Positions 8,788 through 15,073 of a stretch of DNA of 24,000 bases are shown here, piece after piece. A program made the translations under genes and the position numbers. The first letter of the stretch is position 1. Every line of letters begins with the position of its first letter. The DNA is from Tractidigestivibacter montrealensis (lineage in GTDB: Bacteria; Actinomycetota; Coriobacteriia; Coriobacteriales; Atopobiaceae). The notes beneath the pieces are model-generated. The model saw nothing but the letters and a program-made list of their open reading frames with translations, did no database searches and was not told where the DNA came from. The DNA is taken from NCBI RefSeq assembly GCF_024741235.1, contig NZ_JANSKA010000001.1, positions 537,133 through 561,132 of the forward strand, written 5' to 3'.

Positions 8788-8830
8788 ACGGCCGGCCTGG
8801 CGCGGATTGAGCCAGGACGGCCGTTGTTGT
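8788..8830. terminator. Stem-loop terminator between the convergent yjjW and deoC genes
   Basis: ACGGCCGGCCTGGC (8788-8801) pairs with GCCAGGACGGCCGT (8811-8824), a 14-bp stem with one mismatch and a 9-nt loop. TGTTGT follows on the plus strand. Confidence 0.6.
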
Positions 8831-8855
8831 ATGGCGGCCCCCATGAAACCAGACG

Positions 8856-9497
8856 TCAGCCCTCGACAATCTTGATGCCCGCGCTGCAGCCGAGGCGGTC
8901 GGCTCCTGCCTCAACCATGGCAAGCGCCTCCTCCTTGGTGTGGATGCCGCCCGCAGCCTTGACCTTGCAGCGGTCGCCCACGGTCTTGCGCATGAGCGCC
9001 ACGTCGTGCACCGTGGCGCCACCCGTCGAAAAGCCGGTGCTGGTCTTCACGAACGAGGCGCCCGCTGCAACCGCGTCCTCGCAGGCGCGGACAATCTGCT
9101 CGTCATTGAGCAGGCAGCACTCCAGAATGACCTTCACGGGGTGGCCCTGGGCAGCCCTGACGACGGCTGCTATGTCATCGATGACGTACTGGTCGTCGCC
9201 AGCGACGAGGTGACCGCCATTGACCACCATGTCGATCTCTGTGGTCCCGTCCGCCACGGCCTGGGCGGCCTCGGCGGCCTTCGCCTGCGTGGAGCAGGCA
9301 CCCAGAGGGAAGCCGATGCAGGTGGTCACGCCCACGCCGGTGCCCGCAAGGCGCTTGGCAGCCATCGCCGTCCAGCACGAGTTGATTGCAACCGTCGCGA
9401 AGTGGTACTTGGCCGCCTCGTCGCACAGGCGCTCGATGTCTGCCTGCGTCGCGTTCTGCTTGAGATTGGTGTGATCGATGTAGCCATTGAGTTCCAT
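8856..9497 (-). CDS. deoC: Deoxyribose-phosphate aldolase (class I DERA)
   Basis: ORF 8856..9860 trimmed to the ATG at 9495-9497, after GGGAG. MELNGYIDHTNLKQNATQADIERLCDEA...VTTCIGFPLG...EIDMV...VKVILE...FVKTSTGF...VKAAGGI are canonical DERA blocks that include the Schiff-base lysine context. Confidence 0.95.
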   Translation of the reverse strand: MELNGYIDHTNLKQNATQADIERLCDEAAKYHFATVAINSCWTAMAAKRLAGTGVGVTTCIGFPLGACSTQAKAAEAAQAVADGTTEIDMVVNGGHLVAGDDQYVIDDIAAVVRAAQGHPVKVILECCLLNDEQIVRACEDAVAAGASFVKTSTGFSTGGATVHDVALMRKTVGDRCKVKAAGGIHTKEEALAMVEAGADRLGCSAGIKIVEG

Positions 9498-9658
9498 AAC
9501 AAACTCCCGTCTTACGAAGACCCTCCCATAGCTTCCAGCCCACACCTTGGCACAAACAAGATGCTGACGCAATGAGCGCCTCGGCAGCCGTATGGCATCC
9601 CACTCATCACTGACGGCTACACACAGACCCAGGTGAGGCCTAGTTCGCCCAATACTGA

Positions 9659-9808
9659 TTCCTGGCATCAATTGACGGTTGGGATACGGTTTATCGGGCA
9701 CCCACTGAGTACAAACTGGTTCGAGATTTGTTAAACACCTGGTAGACGAATTGCCATCATGACGATTACATATCATTATTGAAACCAAAACTGCTGCCAA
9801 CCGGAAGT
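9659..9808 (-). repeat. Arm B of a diverged AT-rich inverted duplication; sense on the minus strand, in the region upstream of deoC
   Basis: The reverse complement of 9659-9808 aligns without gaps to 9864-10013 at about 70% identity by my hand count (105/150). Near-identical blocks are ACTTCCGGTTRGCAGCAGTT, ATATGT, GCAATTC, TTTAACAAAYYTCGAACCA, CCGYATCCCAACC and TGCCAGG. Confidence 0.75.
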
Positions 9809-9863
9809 CGCCTTTTGCATCAGTACAAGCGCTCGGATTCCAAGGGGCGCCGAGGGTCATCGC

Positions 9864-10013
9864 ACTTCCGGTTAGCAGCAGTTATTGTTCAAGTCTTTAT
9901 ATGTCATTATGCATATCGCAATTCTTTGACCTGCGCTTTAACAAACTTCGAACCATTTGATACTTGGGGGTACCCTCAAAAACCGCATCCCAACCAGAAA
10001 TTCTTGCCAGGCA
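9864..10013 (+). repeat. Arm A of the same inverted duplication; sense on the plus strand, with no downstream plus-strand gene
   Basis: See arm B. The arms are head-to-head and separated by a 55-bp GC-richer spacer (9809-9863). Arm A runs towards the adh terminator at 10047-10087. Confidence 0.75.
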
Positions 10014-10046
10014 GGGCGAGGAACCAGCCCACAGCTCTGCGGTTAG

Positions 10047-10087
10047 CCAAAGGAAAAGAGGGACGGAGCCAAAAGGCTCCGTCCCTC
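10047..10087 (-). terminator. Rho-independent terminator of the alcohol dehydrogenase gene
   Basis: GAGGGACGGAGCC (10058-10070), loop aaaa, GGCTCCGTCCCTC (10075-10087): a perfect 13-bp stem. On the minus strand it is followed by TTTTCCTTTGG. It lies 34 nt downstream of the stop at 10121. Confidence 0.8.
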
Positions 10088-10120
10088 GGGTGGTAACGCC
10101 AATGCTACTTGGAGCAAGAA

Positions 10121-11347
10121 CTAGAAGTTGACCGGCTCGTCGTAGTAGCAGCACTTGAGGATCTTCTCGAAGTCCTCCGCCTTGGTCTCGCGCGGGTTCT
10201 CCGGCGTGCAAGCATCCTGAACTGCGTTGGCAGCAATGGTGGGGAGCTTCTCGAGGAACTCCTTCTCGGAGACCATGACGGGCTCGCCGGTCTCGTCAGC
10301 CTTCACGCCGCCATTGGCGTAGTTGTTGATGCTCTGCGGAATGTGCAGCTCGTCGTTCATGCTGCGGATCTTCTCCACAAGCGAGTCGATAAGCTGGTCG
10401 TCGGTGGTGCCGGGAAGGTGCAGGATCTCCTTGGCAACATAGGCGTAGCGCTCGTGAGCGCGCGGGTCCTTGGAGTTCCACTGGATGGCCTTGCCCAGGT
10501 ACATGGCGTTGGCGGCACCGTGAATGATGTGGCCGTTCTCGAAGGCAGCGCCGGTCTTGTGGGCCATGGAGTGCACGATGCCGAGCAGGCCAGAGGAGAA
10601 CGCCAGGCCGGCCAGGCACTGGGCCTCGTGCATGTGCTTGCGGCCCTCATGATCGCCGGTGTAGGAGACGGGCAGCCACTGCGTAATCTCACGGATGCCG
10701 TGCAGCGCGTCGGCGTCGGTGAACATGGAGGCTGCTGTCGAGACGTACGCCTCGAGACAGTGCGTAAGGGCATCCATACCGGTGTGTGCGCAGAGCTTCT
10801 GAGGCATGGAGTAGGTGAGCTCGGGGTCGACGATGGCAACGTCAGGCGTGATGTTGAAGTCTGCCAGCGGGTACTTAATGCCATGCTCGTAGTCGGTAAT
10901 GACCGAGAAGGCCGTTACCTCGGTAGCGGTGCCGGAAGTGGAGCTAATAGCGCAGAAGTGAGCCTTGTGGCGCAGCTCGGGGAACGAGAACGGCTGAATG
11001 ATGTTATCGAACTTCTCGTCGGGATACTCGTAGAAGACCCACATGGCCTTCGCGGCGTCGATAGGCGAGCCTCCGCCGATGGCAACAATCCAGTCCGGGC
11101 CAAAGTCCTGCATGAACTTGGCGCCCTTCTGCACCGTCTCGATGGACGGGTCGGACTCGACGCCCTCGAACAGCTTGACCTCAAAGCCAGCATCCTCCAG
11201 GTCCTTCTGAACGTCCTGCAGGAAGCCGCCGCGACGCATGCTGTGGCCACCGGAGACGATGACGGCCTTCTTGCCCTTGAGGTTCTTCACCTCGTGGCGA
11301 GCGCCCTCACCAAAGTACAGGTCACGCGGGTTGGTAAAACGTCCCAT
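10121..11347 (-). CDS. Iron-containing (group III) alcohol dehydrogenase
   Basis: A 408-aa ORF with GGAGGA upstream. Fe-ADH blocks are present: IVAIGGGSPIDAAKAMW, ISSTSGTATEVT, and the metal-binding His context AHTGMDALTHCLEAY...GIVHSMAHKTG...HG.ANA. Confidence 0.9.
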   Translation of the reverse strand: MGRFTNPRDLYFGEGARHEVKNLKGKKAVIVSGGHSMRRGGFLQDVQKDLEDAGFEVKLFEGVESDPSIETVQKGAKFMQDFGPDWIVAIGGGSPIDAAKAMWVFYEYPDEKFDNIIQPFSFPELRHKAHFCAISSTSGTATEVTAFSVITDYEHGIKYPLADFNITPDVAIVDPELTYSMPQKLCAHTGMDALTHCLEAYVSTAASMFTDADALHGIREITQWLPVSYTGDHEGRKHMHEAQCLAGLAFSSGLLGIVHSMAHKTGAAFENGHIIHGAANAMYLGKAIQWNSKDPRAHERYAYVAKEILHLPGTTDDQLIDSLVEKIRSMNDELHIPQSINNYANGGVKADETGEPVMVSEKEFLEKLPTIAANAVQDACTPENPRETKAEDFEKILKCCYYDEPVNF

Positions 11348-11610
11348 AGCACATCCTCCAATTCACCGGCCGCCACCGATGGCGGCAAATGCCTGAGAAG
11401 ACCCCTCGGCCTTCCCTGATGCCCTACCTGGAACAACTTGAAGCCGGACGAGCAGCGAAAAACGCACCGCCAGTCCGAACCTGAATGCGGCCCCATCCTA
11501 TCAGATAGACGCCAGCGAGAGGCCACTTACGGCAGGCGGCTTCGCGCAGGAACAAGGCCGTATCCCTGCTCCACCGACGTCCATACCCTTGGTCTTCTCC
11601 GACACCCCGC

Positions 11611-11639
11611 TGTGACTAAAACTACATATTTTCATCACA
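11611..11639. promoter_or_regulatory. AT-rich imperfect palindrome TGTGActAAAA-N7-TTTTcaTCACA, far upstream of adh
   Basis: Across 11611-11639, 9 of 11 arm positions are complementary. It is the only AT-rich patch in the 374-bp adh-cstA gap, about 265-290 bp upstream of the adh ATG. Confidence 0.25.
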
Positions 11640-11664
11640 TTTTGAAGCAGGAGGAATACGGGAA

Positions 11665-11695
11665 GGGCGTCCGATGCCACCGGCACCAGACGCCC
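11665..11695 (-). terminator. Candidate terminator hairpin downstream of cstA
   Basis: GGGCGTC (11665-11671) pairs with GACGCCC (11689-11695), with inner TGCC/GGCA pairing. It lies 27 nt after the cstA stop. The trailing minus-strand sequence TTCCCGTATTCC is only moderately U-rich. Confidence 0.45.
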
Positions 11696-11721
11696 AGCCA
11701 AACACTCTGCGAGAACCCGCC

Positions 11722-13578
11722 TTACGCAGTGACCTCGGTCTTGGTGTCCACCGCAACGTCGCGCTTGGACTCCTCAACGTGCTTGCGGCCAAGCTCAGAC
11801 CACTCGGGCTCCTCGTCGGGAATGGAGCCAGGCTTCTTGGTGAAGAGCTCCTTCAGGCAGTTGTACGCCACGATGACACCCAGGACCACGATCAGGATGG
11901 CGATTACGAGCTGCAGACCCTTGGTCGCGATCACCGCAAAAGACTGGTCGGCGGCAACGGCAGTCCAGCAGCTATAGATGCTCATGCCAAGCGACGTGAA
12001 GGTGCATGCGAGCAGGAATGCCACGGGCACGTAGAGCATCCAACCCTTGCGACCAGTGCACTTGCAGAAGACGGCGAGAGTGATCATGGTCATGCCGCCA
12101 AGCAGCTGGTTGGAAGCGCCAAACAGCGGCCAGATGTTGAGGTAGCCGCCAAAGCACAGGGCGATGCCCAGGACCAGCGTGACAGCGATGGAGAAGGCCG
12201 TGTTGGTGACGACCTTGCGGGCACCGGACTGCTCGGAAGAGCGGGAGGCGGCGTCGTTGGTCTCGTAGAAGAACTCCTGCCAGCTGGTGCGACCAATACG
12301 GGCAACGGCATCAACGGAGGTGAGTGCCAGCGCAGAGACGTTCATGGTCATGAAGACCGTAGCAAACGTGGCGTTGAAGCCCATGAGCTCCATACCGCGA
12401 GCAACGCCGGCGGCGAAGATCTGGAACGGCGTTGAAGCGGTGCCAGCGTTGAGGGCGCCCGTGCCGGCGGTATTCATGTCACCAAACATGATGCCAGCGG
12501 TCACGATGGCAAGCACGCCCACAAAGGACTCGAGGACCATGGCGCCGTAGCCAACGGGAAGCATGTGGGTCTCGTTGGAAATCTGCTTAGAGGAGGTGCC
12601 GGAAGAGACAAGGCTGTGGAAGCCGGACAGGGCACCGCAGGCAACAGAGACGAACAGAACCGGGAAGATGTAGTTGCCCTTAGCTGCCAGGGCGTCGAGC
12701 GTCTCGGAGCTCACAACCATCGGCGCCGTTATAGTGGCCTGGCCATTGATGCCCAGCGCGATGATGCCGAGGACGGCGCACGCGATCATGGCGACCATCA
12801 TGATGGTCGTAAGGAAGTCACGTGGGGTCTTGAGCGTCTGGATGGGCATGGCGCTTGCGAGAATCAAGTAGAGCGTCACGACGGCAATCCAGCCAGTGGC
12901 GTTGAGGTAAATCGGGAACACCATGCCAAGCGCAAAGGGAACCGCGATGCACGCAAGGGCAAACAGGAACTTTGCAACGCCCTTGAGGTCCCACTTGCGG
13001 CACGCCCACCCAAAGAAGATGGCGGAGAAGGTGAGCAAGATGGAGATGGTACCCGCGCAGCCACCGGCGTAGGACTTGGCGAAGTCAACGGAACCATCGG
13101 CAGCAGCGGTGGTAGCAAACGTGCCCGCCACCATCGAGACGAACGCAGCGATGACAATGCAGCAGAACAGCCACGAGAAGGCCAGGAACAGATGGCGACC
13201 GGTCCTGCCAATGTACTTCTCGATGAGCTGGCCAAGCGACTTGCCGTTGTTCTTGACGGAGGCGTACAGGGCGCCAAAGTCATGAACGGCGCCAAAGAAG
13301 ATGCCGCCGACAAGGACCCAGAGAAGCACGGGGAGCCAGCCAAACATCATGGCGACGATGGTACCCGTGACAGGGCCAGCGCCACAAATCGAGGAGAACT
13401 GGTGGGCAAACACGGAGAAGCGCTGTGCGGGCGAGAAGTCCTTGCCGTCCTCCATGCGGACCGCAGGGGTGAGGGCCTTGGAATCGACGCCCCATGACTT
13501 AGCTAGCCAGCGCCCGTACCCGAGGTAGCCAATAATCAGGACCACCGCACTTATCAAGATGATCGTGATGCCATTCAT
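11722..13578 (-). CDS. cstA: Carbon starvation protein A family transporter (peptide/pyruvate uptake type)
   Basis: A 618-aa polytopic membrane ORF with AAGGAGGT upstream. The N-terminus has the conserved CstA blocks FAHQFSSICGAGPVTGTIVAMMFGWLP and GGIFFGAVHDFGALY. Confidence 0.93.
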   Translation of the reverse strand: MNGITIILISAVVLIIGYLGYGRWLAKSWGVDSKALTPAVRMEDGKDFSPAQRFSVFAHQFSSICGAGPVTGTIVAMMFGWLPVLLWVLVGGIFFGAVHDFGALYASVKNNGKSLGQLIEKYIGRTGRHLFLAFSWLFCCIVIAAFVSMVAGTFATTAAADGSVDFAKSYAGGCAGTISILLTFSAIFFGWACRKWDLKGVAKFLFALACIAVPFALGMVFPIYLNATGWIAVVTLYLILASAMPIQTLKTPRDFLTTIMMVAMIACAVLGIIALGINGQATITAPMVVSSETLDALAAKGNYIFPVLFVSVACGALSGFHSLVSSGTSSKQISNETHMLPVGYGAMVLESFVGVLAIVTAGIMFGDMNTAGTGALNAGTASTPFQIFAAGVARGMELMGFNATFATVFMTMNVSALALTSVDAVARIGRTSWQEFFYETNDAASRSSEQSGARKVVTNTAFSIAVTLVLGIALCFGGYLNIWPLFGASNQLLGGMTMITLAVFCKCTGRKGWMLYVPVAFLLACTFTSLGMSIYSCWTAVAADQSFAVIATKGLQLVIAILIVVLGVIVAYNCLKELFTKKPGSIPDEEPEWSELGRKHVEESKRDVAVDTKTEVTA

Positions 13579-13690
13579 GTCGTCTTACCTCCTTAGGGTA
13601 GGGCGCTGCGGACCGTTTCCGCTGTTTGCGCTCGGTGCGCGGCATGGTACAACCTTGAGAAGGAGTTGGGGATTCACTCAACTACCCTAG

Positions 13691-13767
13691 AGTATTGGAT
13701 ATTTTCAATAATTTCTGGATATTTTTGGATATCTTCCAAATAGTTTTATCAAGTATTGTATATTTTT
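13691..13767. promoter_or_regulatory. Phased direct repeats (TGGATATYTT x3 plus a 15-mer AGTATTGKATATTTT x2) in the AT-rich divergent intergenic region upstream of cstA
   Basis: TGGATATTTT occurs at 13696-13705 and 13716-13725, and TGGATATCTT at 13726-13735, giving spacings of 20 and 10 bp. AGTATTGGATATTTT is at 13691-13705 and AGTATTGTATATTTT at 13752-13766. The repeats sit 115-190 bp upstream of the cstA ATG. Confidence 0.4.
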
Positions 13768-13999
13768 CGATAGTTCAAAAACACTGTTCGCAATACACCT
13801 CCCTTCAAACGTTCTCCAAGATGTAATCGTTTGGGACCTCGTTTCGAAACATTTTTCAACCGTTCACCCCATTTTGATGACCGCTCGTGGTATTCGAGAG
13901 ATAGCAACTCTCGTTTATGGGCAGGCTGGCCAGTTATCCGTGGCGTCCTTTGTCGTGCCACGCATGGGATACCATGAGAGCGACGAAAGGAGGCGCACC

Positions 14000-15073
14000 G
14001 TGGCGTTTGACCCCAGGAGAGAGGACTACCAGCGTCTGGCGCTGCGCTATGCGCTGTCGCTGCCCAAGGGGAACCCCGTTGCCGCGGCCAAGGCGTTCAC
14101 GGACTTTGGCCGCCGCTTTGCCCGTGATCGGGACACGCTTCCCCAATCCGATGCCGACCGCGCCTTCCACCTCGTGGCCGTTGCCGCCGAGGTCATCGAC
14201 TACCAGCTTCCCTTCTCGAGCGAAGAAAGGGCGGACGCGCTCATCAACCGCGGGCGCGACCTTCTCGACGAGGCCATCTCGCTCGACCCCAAGTGCCACG
14301 ACGCTATCCGCATGCGCGCCTCGCGCGTGAGTCCCAGTTTTGATGCCCAGTTCTCCTTCCTCCACGAAGGCGCGGACGAGGTTCTCGCGTCCTGCCAGGA
14401 GGCTCGCGACGCCGTGCCAAACGACGGGGACGATGAGCGCATTGCCCTTGGCCGCGACATCGCCCTTCGTCCCTATAGGCGGTGGATGGCCGCGCTGGCC
14501 GAGGAGGCACTCATCTGTGGCCGCAATCGCAGCTGCATAGAGGCCGGCGAGCGCCTGCTGGAGCAGGACCCCTCGGACCAGGCGGACGTTCGGTTCACGC
14601 TTGCCCTTGCCTACGCAAAGCTCGAGGATGAGGCATCCCTTGACGCGCTGGCCAAGCGCTACGGCACCATCATCCCTGCACGCCCCGCAGACGACGCCTG
14701 GATGGGAATCGCACGGCTGGCACTAGCGCACAAGAGCCACGACATGGGCCAGACCCGGCAGCTTCTCGAGCGCCTGATCGCCGCCTATCCGGGCTGCGCG
14801 TCCGCGCTTATTACGCAAACGGAGCTGCCGGACGGCGTCTTTGCCCGTCTCGCCGTGCCGCCCTACAGCGAGGACGAGCTCATCCTTGCCGTCTCCGAGG
14901 CAACGGTGCTGCTCCAGGAAGGCGACGACAAGAGCGGGCGCGGCGTACTTGGCTCCTGGGTCGCGCGGACCACGGCAAAGCTCTATCCCGAGGCGCTCGC
15001 CGAGGCGCAGGAGTTCTCCGCCCCCTACTACCAGCAGGACGAGAAGGGCCCGCAGGACGGTGATGCCTCGTGA
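14000..15073 (+). CDS. Hypothetical alpha-helical repeat (TPR-like) protein, paralog 1
   Basis: ORF 13874..15073. I prefer the GTG at 14000 because AAAGGAGG (13986-13993) sits 6 nt upstream; the ATGs at 13877 and 13964 lack an SD, so the start is uncertain. GC3-rich codon usage matches the neighbouring genes. I recognise no catalytic motif. It is homologous to the next ORF. Confidence 0.6.
   Translation: MAFDPRREDYQRLALRYALSLPKGNPVAAAKAFTDFGRRFARDRDTLPQSDADRAFHLVAVAAEVIDYQLPFSSEERADALINRGRDLLDEAISLDPKCHDAIRMRASRVSPSFDAQFSFLHEGADEVLASCQEARDAVPNDGDDERIALGRDIALRPYRRWMAALAEEALICGRNRSCIEAGERLLEQDPSDQADVRFTLALAYAKLEDEASLDALAKRYGTIIPARPADDAWMGIARLALAHKSHDMGQTRQLLERLIAAYPGCASALITQTELPDGVFARLAVPPYSEDELILAVSEATVLLQEGDDKSGRGVLGSWVARTTAKLYPEALAEAQEFSAPYYQQDEKGPQDGDAS

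Noticed and set aside
9498-9860. N-terminal 121-codon extension of the deoC ORF (start at 9860)
   Set aside because: The DERA homology begins exactly at MELNGY (9497) with a GGGAG SD. The extension is AT-rich with atypical codon usage and corresponds to arm B of the inverted duplication.
9779-10096. 105-aa plus-strand ORF whose peptide resembles the deoC N-terminal extension
   Set aside because: The resemblance comes from the DNA-level inverted duplication. The ORF has a TTG start with no SD, AT-rich codons unlike every confident gene here, and it reads straight through the adh terminator hairpin. I keep the coding possibility only as a minor alternative in the repeat finding.
11611-11639. 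TGTGA...TCACA palindrome upstream of adh, considered as a CRP or Rex operator
   Set aside because: The half-sites are 19 nt apart, against about 6 nt in the canonical CRP and Rex sites. I keep it only as a low-confidence unassigned palindrome.
10109-13497. Plus-strand ORFs 10109..11419 (436 aa), 11674..12435 (253 aa) and 12565..13497 (310 aa)
   Set aside because: They are antisense to the Fe-ADH and CstA genes. Their composition is G/D/H/R/A-rich and low-complexity, with no domains.
13786-13870. Short similarity (TCGCAAT and TTCGAAaCATTT) between the cstA upstream region and the 9864-10013 repeat arm
   Set aside because: The matched blocks are differently spaced (about 55 nt versus 31 nt) and short, and TTCGAA is a palindrome. 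This is most likely chance in AT-rich DNA.
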